NCBI GenBank assembly: GCA_016182555.1
Contig: JACPGJ010000007.1
Coordinates: 128,053 to 192,052 of the forward strand
Length of the DNA: 64,000 nt
DNA from: Candidatus Kerfeldbacteria bacterium
GTDB taxonomy: Bacteria > Patescibacteriota > Patescibacteriia > UBA9570 > XYC2-FULL-38-9
Reading direction: 5' to 3'
This document shows positions 9,333-18,093 of the stretch, piece by piece; position 1 is the stretch's first letter, and each line of letters begins with the position of its first letter. The notes under the pieces are model-generated. The model was not told the DNA's origin and did no database searches. It saw nothing but the letters and a program-made list of their open reading frames with translations. The translations under genes and the position numbers were made by a program.

Positions 9333-11914
9333 ACCCTATTATTCTTGAAAAATTTACCACTCATTTACGCAACGTTCTCTCTCGCTCAATTACTCTTGCA
9401 GCGGAACTGCACTCCCCGACCATCTCGCCGGTTGTTTTGTTATTCGCCCTATCCACTGAAGAAAATAGCATGGGCGCACGCATGCTTGAACGCATGAACA
9501 TTTCGCCGGAATCCATTTCAATGTCCATCGACTCCACGGACAGCATTCCAAACACCAACGGAAAAAAAACAACACGCATTCGCTACCCAGAATTTTCTGA
9601 CTATACGAAACGCTTGATTCAACGCGCAGCCATTGTCGCATTAGAATTTCGGCATGCCTATATTGGCACTGAACACCTTCTTTTTGCCGTCCTCCAAAAA
9701 CCCGATGAACAAACACAGCAACTACTGCAGAACCTCAAACTGACACAAGAAGTATTGTTTAGCCATTTGCTACAGATGATGAATAGCACCAGTAAATTTT
9801 CAGAAGTACAAACGTTGTTTCGTACAAAAGAATCAGGAGATGAACACACTCATCCAACATCGACCACTACGAAAGCCCGTGAACATGAACATACCCCAGA
9901 GCATGTTCACGAAGGTACGCAGACCCAACAGCTCAACACCCCTTCATTTGGATCACCAACACCAGCCTTAGAATATTTTGGAGAGGACCTGACCAGCCCA
10001 GCAAAAACAAAAACGCTTGATCCCGTTATTGGGCGCAGCGCCGAAATTGAACGACTCATCCATATTTTAGCACGCCGTTCAAAAAATAACCCCGTGCTCA
10101 TTGGCGAACCCGGGGTCGGAAAAACAGCCATTGTCGAAGGATTAGCAAAACGCATTGCGGAACAGCACGTACCACAAGTACTAGCCGACAAACGTATTAT
10201 TGCTCTTGATTTAGGCCTAGTCATTGCCGGCACAATGTATCGTGGCGAATTTGAATCCCGTATGAAACAAATTATTGAAGAAGTGAATGCGCACCCGGAA
10301 ATTATTCTCTTTATTGATGAAGTGCATCTGCTGGTGGGCACTGGCGGAACAGGGGGCACCATGGATGCGGCCAATATGCTCAAGCCCGCGTTGGCAAAGG
10401 GCGAACTGCGCTGTATTGGTGCTACCACCAAAGATGAGTACCGAAAATATATTGAAGCCGATCCCGCACTCGATCGCCGTTTTCAACCTATTCACGTCGC
10501 AGAGCCAACAGCAGAAGAAGCGATAGAAATGCTCAACGGTGTAAAACACGCGCTGGAGAAATTTCATCATATAACGATTCCGACTGAGGTTATTCAACAT
10601 GCCGTAACGTGGGCCGCACGATTCATTCCGGATAAACGGTTACCAGATAAAGCTATTGATCTACTCGATGAAGCTGGTGCACGAACCCATAGTGGCCGAA
10701 ATGTACCAAAAGTGATGAAAGAATTTCGAGCTGCGGTTGCGAGTTTGCATGAAATCAGTCAGAAAAAAAATACGGCAACACGTCATGAAGAATTTGATAC
10801 CGCTTTACGATTCAAAAAACAAGAAACCGCACTGAACAAAAAAATAGCACGATTGCAAGTGCAGTTAGAGAAACTGCACATCCCGACCGCCACGCTCAGT
10901 TCGGCAGATGTCGCTGCGGTTCTCTCTGCATCCACGGGCATACCGGTGGAACATATTACGGCTAACCACAATATCCGTTTGGGCAATGTGGAAAAAGAAA
11001 TTCTGCGTTCAATCGTTGGGCAAGATAATGCCGTAAAACAAGTCACTGCGGTGATTAAGCGTTCGTACGCTGGTTTAGCGTCTCCACACAAACCACTGGG
11101 CAGTTTTCTTTTTCTTGGTCCCTCTGGCGTTGGAAAAACGGCACTCGCAAAGGCGCTCGCCGAACAGGTGTTTGGCAGTAGCAATGCACTCATTCGTCTT
11201 GATATGTCAGAATTTGCGGAAGGGTTTACGGTATCAAAACTCATTGGTGCCCCTGCAGGATATGTTGGCCACAAAGATTCCGTGAAATTGGCGGACCAAA
11301 TTCGACGCCAACCCTATTCGGTAGTGCTCTTCGATGAAATTGAAAAGGCCCATCCAGATATTTTCAATTTGTTGTTACAAGTATTAGATGATGGACGGTT
11401 AACAGATGGGAGTGGCCGTGAACTCAATTTCCGCCAAAGTATTATTATTCTCACATCCAATGTCGGCATTGATATGCTCAATAAACAAGCTGCTCTTGGG
11501 TTTGCAGCGAAAAACGAAGCGAAACAAGAGAATGCATTTGAAGAATTATCTACAACAATTTTGGCGGAATTACCGAATTATTTTGCACAGGAATTTTTGA
11601 ATCGTATTGACCATCAAATTGTTTTTCATCCATTGAATCAAAAACAGATGGAACGCATTGTACAAATGCAATTTGCACATGTTGCTGAACGTGTGGCAAA
11701 TCGTGACATCCGGTTGGAACTACCTATGCGTGTGCGCCGCTTGTTAGCAAAAGAAAGTTTCAGCCCTGAACAAGGAGCGCGTTTGGTGCAACGGACGCTT
11801 ACTCGACTCATCGAAAACCCGCTTGCTGATCATTTGCTCGCTGGCGATTTCGTTGCTGGAGATATGGTGACGATACAAATCAAAAAAAAGAAATTGATAT
11901 TTTCTAAAAAATAA
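9329..11914 (+). CDS. Clp family AAA+ chaperone ATPase (ClpB/ClpC type, two nucleotide-binding domains)
   Basis: 861 aa. N-terminal Clp_N-like repeats. Walker A sites GEPGVGKTAIVEGLA and GPSGVGKTALAKALA. Walker B sites ILFIDEVH and VVLFDEIEKAH. Short middle region. A His/Thr-rich insertion lies between the N-domain and D1. Confidence 0.85.
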   Translation: MNPIILEKFTTHLRNVLSRSITLAAELHSPTISPVVLLFALSTEENSMGARMLERMNISPESISMSIDSTDSIPNTNGKKTTRIRYPEFSDYTKRLIQRAAIVALEFRHAYIGTEHLLFAVLQKPDEQTQQLLQNLKLTQEVLFSHLLQMMNSTSKFSEVQTLFRTKESGDEHTHPTSTTTKAREHEHTPEHVHEGTQTQQLNTPSFGSPTPALEYFGEDLTSPAKTKTLDPVIGRSAEIERLIHILARRSKNNPVLIGEPGVGKTAIVEGLAKRIAEQHVPQVLADKRIIALDLGLVIAGTMYRGEFESRMKQIIEEVNAHPEIILFIDEVHLLVGTGGTGGTMDAANMLKPALAKGELRCIGATTKDEYRKYIEADPALDRRFQPIHVAEPTAEEAIEMLNGVKHALEKFHHITIPTEVIQHAVTWAARFIPDKRLPDKAIDLLDEAGARTHSGRNVPKVMKEFRAAVASLHEISQKKNTATRHEEFDTALRFKKQETALNKKIARLQVQLEKLHIPTATLSSADVAAVLSASTGIPVEHITANHNIRLGNVEKEILRSIVGQDNAVKQVTAVIKRSYAGLASPHKPLGSFLFLGPSGVGKTALAKALAEQVFGSSNALIRLDMSEFAEGFTVSKLIGAPAGYVGHKDSVKLADQIRRQPYSVVLFDEIEKAHPDIFNLLLQVLDDGRLTDGSGRELNFRQSIIILTSNVGIDMLNKQAALGFAAKNEAKQENAFEELSTTILAELPNYFAQEFLNRIDHQIVFHPLNQKQMERIVQMQFAHVAERVANRDIRLELPMRVRRLLAKESFSPEQGARLVQRTLTRLIENPLADHLLAGDFVAGDMVTIQIKKKKLIFSKK

Positions 11915-11922
11915 CCACTGTC

Positions 11923-12603
11923 ATGGTGAGCTTGTCGAACCATATTCTGGACACTTTTTTTCCACGGCAATGTGTAGGCTGTAAGCGGTATGATCAATTT
12001 TTATGTGTGCATTGCCGCATGAATAACTTGGAACCAGAACATTTGCCTATTGATCAATCTGAAAAAAATAGCGTACATATTTCTAGCATTACCACACTCG
12101 GAGAATATCGAAACCCCGTTGTACAGAGGCTCGTAAAAGAATTGAAATTTCATCATGCCGCACTAGTCGCTCAAGAGCTTGGATCTCTCTTGGCTGATGT
12201 TCTAAAACAATCCCTTCCAGCGATGATAGAATCTGGCGCACTGCTTATGCCCATTCCTCTCCACTCCCGGCGAAAACGCGAGCGCGGGTTTAACCAGGCA
12301 GCACTGCTGGCGCATGCGATTGAGAAGGCGCTGCCGGAACATACACTAGTGGTCAATGAAGATATGCTTATTCGTACCAAACACACTGTTTCACAAACAA
12401 CACTCGAAGATGAGCAGCGACAAAAAAATGTGAGCGGCGTATTTGCTGTATCAAAAAAATCTTTGCCGTCTCTGAGTGGTGCAACTATTATTCTTGTAGA
12501 CGATGTCATTACCACGGGCGCCACTATACAAGAAGCAGCTGGCGTACTAGCTGCATTACAACCACGCATCATTCACACTGTCGCTATTGCACGCGGGAGA
12601 TAG
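11923..12603 (+). CDS. comF: ComF family protein (competence-associated phosphoribosyltransferase, ComFC-like)
   Basis: 226 aa. N-terminal Cys4 zinc finger (CVGCKRYDQFLCVHCRMN). C-terminal PRTase motif (IILVDDVITTGATI). Confidence 0.75.
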   Translation: MVSLSNHILDTFFPRQCVGCKRYDQFLCVHCRMNNLEPEHLPIDQSEKNSVHISSITTLGEYRNPVVQRLVKELKFHHAALVAQELGSLLADVLKQSLPAMIESGALLMPIPLHSRRKRERGFNQAALLAHAIEKALPEHTLVVNEDMLIRTKHTVSQTTLEDEQRQKNVSGVFAVSKKSLPSLSGATIILVDDVITTGATIQEAAGVLAALQPRIIHTVAIARGR

Positions 12604-12612
12604 GAGATAAGT

Positions 12613-12689
12613 GTGTCCTCGGCAGGAGTCGAACCTGCGACCTTTGGTACCGCAAACCAACGCTCTATCCAACTGAGCTACGAGGACAA
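12613..12689 (-). tRNA. tRNA-Arg (anticodon read as GCG from a manual cloverleaf)
   Basis: Reverse complement is GTCCTCGTAGCTCAGTTGGATAGAGCGTTGGTTTGCGGTACCAAAGGTCGCAGGTTCGACTCCTGCCGAGGACA. 7-bp acceptor, GCTC/GAGC D-stem, TTGGT/ACCAA anticodon stem, loop TTGCGGT, GCAGG/CCTGC T-stem with TTCGACT loop. CCA is not encoded. Confidence 0.75.
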
Positions 12690-12756
12690 AATTGCAGTGT
12701 TTATTAAACCGCAGATCGTTAAAGCTGTCAATGCGGCAGTGGAAAATTCTAGTCTG

Positions 12757-13305
12757 CTATAATTTCAATAATCGAGCAAGGGTATCACTCGTCGATTCTT
12801 CTTCGCGGTTCAAATCTTCGTCAATAAAATCGATCAAGAGCGAGCGGACATGCAGCGGGTTTTGGTCGTACAATGGAATAGAAAATTCGCGCTGAATAAA
12901 CTGTCGTTTTGGTATCAAGTACATGGTTTTCACTACTGGCGGTTCATAAATAATAGAAAATGATTGCAATTCGCGAAACAGAAAAAACTGGCCCCCCACC
13001 TGTATACCAGCATCATAAATAATAAACGGAATCTCAAGCGGCTCTGAACGGTGGTGCGTAAACAGAATTAACCCGACCAACAAAATCATGAGTGCAAAAA
13101 GAAAATTACCGTCGCGCACAGCATATACCAATAAGCCAATGCTTACGGTTAATGCGATAATATACCATAATAACCCGCGTTGATGACGTTCATACTCTGG
13201 AAAACTCCATTCCATTAATACACGGCCACGGTGTACACCGCGAGTGGGAACATTTCGTTGTGCAGCACTCCCCTGGACCCGTTGTTCTAGTGTTTTTTTA
13301 GGCAT
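12757..13305 (-). CDS. small membrane protein: two TM helices followed by a ~100-aa soluble domain (possibly bacterial PH-domain-like)
   Basis: 182 aa. Two hydrophobic helices (LLWYIIALTVSIGLLVYAV, FLFALMILLVGLILFT), then a soluble C-terminal domain. The PH-like call is speculative. Confidence 0.35.
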   Translation of the reverse strand: MPKKTLEQRVQGSAAQRNVPTRGVHRGRVLMEWSFPEYERHQRGLLWYIIALTVSIGLLVYAVRDGNFLFALMILLVGLILFTHHRSEPLEIPFIIYDAGIQVGGQFFLFRELQSFSIIYEPPVVKTMYLIPKRQFIQREFSIPLYDQNPLHVRSLLIDFIDEDLNREEESTSDTLARLLKL

Positions 13306-13389
13306 ATAATAAGTATACCATTTTTACCCCCACTCTACAAAAAATTAAAACACCTTTTCACCTTTCAGTGAAAAAGAACCTTCCAACGG

Positions 13390-13418
13390 TTGACTGGAAC
13401 ACGAAAAATCGATATAGT
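13390..13418 (+). promoter_or_regulatory. sigma70-like promoter for tRNA-Ser (TTGACT-N17-TATAGT)
   Basis: TTGACT at 13390-13395, 17-nt spacer, TATAGT at 13413-13418, ending 21 nt upstream of the tRNA 5' end. Confidence 0.4.
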
Positions 13419-13439
13419 GGGCTGACGCTTTATCCTTTT

Positions 13440-13530
13440 GGAGGGGTACCGAAGCGGTCATAACGGGATAGTCTTGAAAACTATTTGGTCCGAAAGGGCC
13501 ACAAGGGTTCGAATCCCTTCCCCTCCGCCA
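13440..13530 (+). tRNA. tRNA-Ser (anticodon TGA), class II with long variable arm, CCA encoded
   Basis: GGAGGGG acceptor stem. Anticodon stem ATAGT/ACTAT with loop CTTGAAA. Long variable arm (TTGGTCCGAAAGGGCCACA). T-arm AAGGG-TTCGAAT-CCCTT. 3' end CCCCTCC-G-CCA. Confidence 0.85.
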
Positions 13531-13740
13531 AAAAATGACAATCGTTATCAAGAAATTCCTAGCTATGATTAGCCATCATCATGCCGGTGTTCGAGTAATA
13601 CTATTGTATCTGTGATAACGCTCTTGCCCACATATTGCCCAGATTTTCCTGACGGGGCTGTTTAAGTACGCAAGAACCTCCAGACACACTTCAGCGTGTT
13701 CGCATATATAAGGAGTAATTCCGGCAGCGCGCGGAGCAGC

Positions 13741-13768
13741 TTGACAGATAGGGTCTCCGTGATATACT
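13741..13768 (+). promoter_or_regulatory. sigma70-like promoter upstream of the toxin-antitoxin pair (TTGACA-N16-TATACT)
   Basis: TTGACA at 13741-13746, 16-nt spacer, TATACT at 13763-13768. A GGAGGG Shine-Dalgarno sequence at 13821-13826 precedes the ATG at 13835. Confidence 0.45.
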
Positions 13769-13834
13769 ACAAATGTAATAAATTCATAGATTATGAAAAA
13801 AGTACCCCAAAAAATTAAAATTCTGGAGGGCAAA

Positions 13835-14101
13835 ATGCCCATTGTTCGTGTTACTGGGAATTATCAGGTCACCATCCCTGCTCCAATTCGCAAGGCACTC
13901 CACGTGAGCATTGGCGATTTCGTTGAAGTGACCCTTGGCGAAGAGGGTGGAGCCGTCATCAAGCCCGTCGAGCTTCGAGAACGCCTTCCACACACGCCGC
14001 ACGACGACACCGAAGACAAAGACTGGGCACGAACAGGTGAAGAAGCCATGCTCTCTCAATACGATGACAAGGATTCTGCTTACGATAGAATAAAACTATG
14101 A
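13835..14101 (+). CDS. mazE: type II antitoxin, AbrB/MazE/SpoVT-fold (MazE/PemI-like)
   Basis: MPIVRVTGNYQVTIPAPIRKALHVSIGDFVEVTL is a swapped-hairpin AbrB/MazE signature, followed by an acidic C-terminal tail. The ORF track starts at 13793, but the SD-preceded ATG at 13835 gives the canonical MazE N-terminus. Confidence 0.6.
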   Translation: MPIVRVTGNYQVTIPAPIRKALHVSIGDFVEVTLGEEGGAVIKPVELRERLPHTPHDDTEDKDWARTGEEAMLSQYDDKDSAYDRIKL

Positions 14102-14430
14102 AGACCTACTCCATTGGGGATGTAGTCCTCGCGACCTTACCATTTACCAGTGGCAGCGGAGCAAAACAGCGCCCCGCCTTGGTTCTTGTTGATACTGGTG
14201 ATGATGACTGCATACTCGCGGTCATTACCAGCAAGACTCGTACAGGAATGTATGACGTCAATCTAACAGATTGGAAAAAGGCAAATCTCCTGTTTCCGTC
14301 GATAGTTCGTGTTCACAAGCTGTACACAATAGGGAAACCGACAATTCTTGGAATACTCGGGCGAGCGACTGAAAACGATCTCAAGCATGTTCGGTCAGCT
14401 GTGCGGAAACTATGGAATGATATGCTGTAA
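14098..14430 (+). CDS. mazF: type II toxin, MazF/PemK-like endoribonuclease fold
   Basis: 110 aa. IGDVVLATLPFTSGSGAKQRPALVLVD..ILAVITSK matches the PemK/MazF N-terminal pattern. Its start overlaps the antitoxin stop (ATGA), the classic TA gene arrangement. Confidence 0.6.
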   Translation: MKTYSIGDVVLATLPFTSGSGAKQRPALVLVDTGDDDCILAVITSKTRTGMYDVNLTDWKKANLLFPSIVRVHKLYTIGKPTILGILGRATENDLKHVRSAVRKLWNDML

Positions 14431-14610
14431 GCGCACTGTTTTCGTTATCTGCTAACACTTTGTGGACAATTTTTTTATTCTCTTTCGAACATTCGATTCA
14501 TAACGTTGAAAAACCCAAAACAGGGCCTATACTTGCATATTTACTTGTCAAGGAGTATAGTTATTTTTGCGTTCTTTTTTCTATAATATATCTAATTTTT
14601 AACGTATTGT

Positions 14611-16242
14611 ATGCTCAAACGAGTCATTGAAAACTGGAGAGCAGGGCTTACGGTTGCCCTCATTTCTATCCCCCTTTCTATCTCATTAGCCGTTGCCTCT
14701 GGTGCACGACCAGAAATGGGTCTGATCACTGCCGTGTGGGCGGGTTTGCTCTCGGCTTTTTTTAGTGGAAGTAATTACAACATCGTTGGGCCTGCCGGTG
14801 CACTGTCTGCAGCGTTGGCAGCATTTAGTATCAGCGAAGGCATGGACCTCTTGCCTACACTCGCCATTGTGACCGGTATTTTCATTTTTATTGCCTATCT
14901 ATTCAAGTTGGAACGCTACCTCGTGCTGGTTCCGGGTTCTGTCATGCACGGGTTTAGCCTTGGCGTGGGTATCATCATTGGCCTTGGTCAATTAAACTTT
15001 GCTTTTGGACTCAAAAATATTCCAAAACATGCAGAGTTTTTGTTAAACGTGAAAGAAACATTCGCGCATATTGGTCAAATACAATTCGGCACATTTGCCG
15101 TATTTTTGGCTTTCCTTATTGGGTTGTTTGCGCTCGTCAAATTGGTACCAAAAATTCCAGGCGCCATTCTGCTCACTCCATTTGGTATTTTGCTCGGTTA
15201 CCTTTCAGAATCAGGAAAAATTGGGTTACACATTGAAACGCTGAATCAAAAATTTCCAAACACGAGTATCAGCATCTTTCATATTCCTCAATTTCATTTT
15301 AGCGCAACAATCGTTAGTGCGGCACTTGGTATTGCCTTCATTGCTATTCTGGAAACACTCGTTTCAGCAAAAATTGCAGATGTCATGACCCACACCAAAT
15401 TTAACCGGCGCAAAGAAATGTTTGGCCTCTCGCTAGCCAATATTGCTTCGGGTTTATTTGGTGGCTTACCCTCAACAGGAGTGTTCGTTCGTACGGGTTT
15501 GAATATTCGTTCTGGCGCAACACACAAAACTGCTGCCGGAATCAATGCCGTATGTATAGCCTTGATCTCGGTATTCTTTTTCCGCTTTTTCAAATTAATT
15601 CCCATGTCCGTGATCGCCGCCATTCTTGTATTTGCTTCTATTCGCATGGTGGAGAAGAAAAATTTGAAAGAAATGTGGGTGTCTAGCCGGCGTGATTTCT
15701 GGTTAGCCTTGGCGACCACCTTAACCATGGTGACAGTGGACACCGTGGTGGGTATCATTGTTGGTTCCATGCTCGCCTTACTGTTCTTCATTGAACATTT
15801 GTCTAAAGGTCAATTTGAAATGACCATCAACAAAGAGAATAAAATTCTGGAACGGTATTACACCGAACCAAAAGACTGTGTCATGCCAGGAGGCGATGTT
15901 GCCGTGTATTCCATGAAAGGTGATTTAACATACCTGAATGCCGAAGCACATATCAGCCGCATTGAACGGTATGAAAATTGTTATACAACGATTGTGTTGC
16001 GAATGCGCGAATTGACCATTGTAGATTTAGAAGGTGTGCACGCATTTGATGATTTGATCAAGCACTTAAAAACAGATGGGAAAAAAATCTATGTTTCGAG
16101 TTTAAGTAAACGTGTCGTTGAGATGCTAGAACACAGTAGCGCGTTCAAGGAACTGAAAGCAGACAATTGTGTGTTTGAAGATACGCGGCTTGCTTTACAA
16201 TCCATTGGGTTTAAACGAGAACATTTAGAAACACAACAATAA
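14611..16242 (+). CDS. SulP family anion (sulfate/bicarbonate) transporter with C-terminal STAS domain
   Basis: 543 aa. SulP N-terminal signature (LTVALISIPLSISLAVASGARPEMGLITAVWAGLLSAFFSGSNYNIVGPAGALSA). More than 10 TM helices. C-terminal STAS-like domain (TIVLRMRELTIVDLEGVHAFDDLIKHLK). Confidence 0.8.
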   Translation: MLKRVIENWRAGLTVALISIPLSISLAVASGARPEMGLITAVWAGLLSAFFSGSNYNIVGPAGALSAALAAFSISEGMDLLPTLAIVTGIFIFIAYLFKLERYLVLVPGSVMHGFSLGVGIIIGLGQLNFAFGLKNIPKHAEFLLNVKETFAHIGQIQFGTFAVFLAFLIGLFALVKLVPKIPGAILLTPFGILLGYLSESGKIGLHIETLNQKFPNTSISIFHIPQFHFSATIVSAALGIAFIAILETLVSAKIADVMTHTKFNRRKEMFGLSLANIASGLFGGLPSTGVFVRTGLNIRSGATHKTAAGINAVCIALISVFFFRFFKLIPMSVIAAILVFASIRMVEKKNLKEMWVSSRRDFWLALATTLTMVTVDTVVGIIVGSMLALLFFIEHLSKGQFEMTINKENKILERYYTEPKDCVMPGGDVAVYSMKGDLTYLNAEAHISRIERYENCYTTIVLRMRELTIVDLEGVHAFDDLIKHLKTDGKKIYVSSLSKRVVEMLEHSSAFKELKADNCVFEDTRLALQSIGFKREHLETQQ

Positions 16243-16261
16243 TTATTGTGCAAATACGATT

Positions 16262-16292
16262 GCAAGGGGAGTTTGCGCTCCCCTTGCTTTGT
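16262..16292 (+). terminator. rho-independent terminator after the SulP gene
   Basis: Perfect 10-bp hairpin GCAAGGGGAG-tttgcg-CTCCCCTTGC (16262-16287) followed by TTTGT. Confidence 0.5.
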
Positions 16293-16312
16293 ACTCGGAA
16301 ATTCGATACAAT
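16284..16312 (+). promoter_or_regulatory. sigma70-like promoter for tRNA-Ser(GCT) (TTGCTT-N17-TACAAT)
   Basis: TTGCTT at 16284-16289, 17-nt spacer, TACAAT at 16307-16312, ending 13 nt before the tRNA 5' end. The -35 partly overlaps the 3' arm of the upstream terminator. Confidence 0.4.
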
Positions 16313-16325
16313 GCATCAGCAATTT

Positions 16326-16415
16326 GGAGAGGTGGCTGAGTGGTCGAAAGCGCCTCACTGCTAACGAGGTAGGGTGTAAAAGCTCTCGCGGGTTCAAATC
16401 CCGCCCTCTCCGCCA
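16326..16415 (+). tRNA. tRNA-Ser (anticodon GCT), class II, CCA encoded
   Basis: GGAGAGG acceptor stem. D-arm GTGGCTGAGTGGTCGAAAGCGC. Anticodon stem CCTCA/CGAGG with loop CTGCTAA. Long variable arm. T-arm GCGGG-TTCAAAT-CCCGC. 3' end CCTCTCC-G-CCA. Closely parallels E. coli tRNA-Ser(GCU). Confidence 0.85.
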
Positions 16416-16416
16416 A

Positions 16417-18093
16417 ATGAATGGAAAATACACCATTAGTCGTTTACAGCTATATAGGATTATTTTATTATTGATTATCCTAATCAGTATTACTGCCAAT
16501 ATTGTATGGATACTGCGCGATACTAGCCCAGCGTTGTGGGATATTGCCGGGCACTCGCAGCGAAGTGCCTCTATTGCCCAGTTGCTGCATGCCGGTCGGT
16601 TAAGAGACGTATTTGGGTTCGATAGCATTTATCCGCCACTCACCTATTTGGTCACGGCTGTTGGTTTTTTGTTGTTTGGTTTGCATAGCGACATTCCACA
16701 ATATTCATTCTTGCTGTGGTTGGTGTTGATGCTTGTTGCGACATATAGCATCGCAAATACACTTTACCGCGACCGCGGTGTGGCACTATTTTCGACCACG
16801 CTCCTGCTCTGTTACCCATTGCTTGCGCACTTCACGCGCATCTATGATTTAGATTTTCCACTCACGGCGTTGGTAACAGCGACGATTGCAGCATTACTAC
16901 GCACGAACGGTTTTCGCAATCGGCGTTGGGTGGTGGTCACGAGTGTTTGTATTGCGTTGACGCTGCTCACCAAATGGACCGCCGTTCTTTTTTTGGCAAT
17001 TCCCGTAGTGAGTGTGGTTTGCACAACGTTTGTGCAGCAAAAATCAAAACGACGAGTGCTTGTACAACATATTGCTCTCGCACTTGGCATTATTCTGTTC
17101 ATTGCCGGTCCATGGTACTTGGTACACGGCAGTACGGTGGTTTCTTCTGCCCAAGACACACGCAATAATATTTTTTCTGTGCCGTATGAAAATGTGTTGC
17201 GTATAGATAATATCACCTACTACGCGCGGCAATCCGCGAATGGCATGGCGTGGCCACTGAGTGTGTTGGTTGTTATCGGGTTCATTGCATTGTTCTTCCG
17301 CAAACATTCGCAACGTTTTGCGCTGCTAGCCTGGGTAATTGTTCCCTATTTGATTATGACCTTTGCGCTCTACTCAAAAGAAAGCCGCTACTTTTTGCCA
17401 CTTTTTCCGTTGTTTGCAATCGTATCGGGTGCCGGGATTGTTTCATTAAAAAATTACTATCGCGTAGGAGCGATTACGACCTGCCTAATTCTCAGTTTAT
17501 TTTTCTGGACAGAAACATCATGGAGCGTGCGTTTCTTTCCCGAAAAATTTTATCAAACCACGCACCTAAACCAAGGCTACGGCTATCCTGTGCCCACGAC
17601 CACCAAACCCCGTTATGGTTTCACGCAACCAACGCAATATCATGAAAATCTTGCGGAAGTGGTGACCGCCATTCAAGCAGACCTAGCGACTCAGGAAACA
17701 CTACCAGCAACAATTCGTATTGCTGTAGTTCCAAACAGCATTTTTCTGACTGCGCAGGAAATTCAATATATTGCTCGTTTACAAAACCTTGATTCACCAA
17801 GCAACCAATATACCCTCGATTTTTCACTGAGTAGTTATATTCGTCAAGGCTCAACGATATCTTGGCAAGAAAACCTGGCGGCGGCAGATTATATTATCAC
17901 TAAAACCGGTGATCAAGGCCCAAAAATTTGGGGACCAAATTTGAAAAAAATTGCAACCGCAGAAGAACAACACGCCACTCCGTTTGAGCAATTCACTGTC
18001 ATCGGTACCTGGACGCTACACGGCATAGAAGAAACAGACACCACCATGCGTCTCTACAAAAAAACACCTACGCAGCTAACAGATCGCGAATGA
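16417..18093 (+). CDS. polytopic membrane glycosyltransferase, GT39/PMT/ArnT-like (second paralog-like copy in the window)
   Basis: About 559 aa from the ATG at 16417. The ORF track start at 16246 would run through the tRNA and is rejected. About 10 TM helices in the first 380 residues, then a C-terminal soluble domain. Same overall architecture as 2083..3978. Confidence 0.45.
   Translation: MNGKYTISRLQLYRIILLLIILISITANIVWILRDTSPALWDIAGHSQRSASIAQLLHAGRLRDVFGFDSIYPPLTYLVTAVGFLLFGLHSDIPQYSFLLWLVLMLVATYSIANTLYRDRGVALFSTTLLLCYPLLAHFTRIYDLDFPLTALVTATIAALLRTNGFRNRRWVVVTSVCIALTLLTKWTAVLFLAIPVVSVVCTTFVQQKSKRRVLVQHIALALGIILFIAGPWYLVHGSTVVSSAQDTRNNIFSVPYENVLRIDNITYYARQSANGMAWPLSVLVVIGFIALFFRKHSQRFALLAWVIVPYLIMTFALYSKESRYFLPLFPLFAIVSGAGIVSLKNYYRVGAITTCLILSLFFWTETSWSVRFFPEKFYQTTHLNQGYGYPVPTTTKPRYGFTQPTQYHENLAEVVTAIQADLATQETLPATIRIAVVPNSIFLTAQEIQYIARLQNLDSPSNQYTLDFSLSSYIRQGSTISWQENLAAADYIITKTGDQGPKIWGPNLKKIATAEEQHATPFEQFTVIGTWTLHGIEETDTTMRLYKKTPTQLTDRE

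Noticed and set aside
13345-13551. 68-aa minus-strand ORF
   Set aside because: It lies entirely across the tRNA-Ser(TGA) gene and is an artefact of the tRNA sequence.
16089-16628. 179-aa minus-strand ORF, and the 16246 start of the 615-aa plus-strand ORF
   Set aside because: Both run through tRNA-Ser(GCT) and the terminator hairpin. The plus-strand gene is better started at the ATG at 16417.
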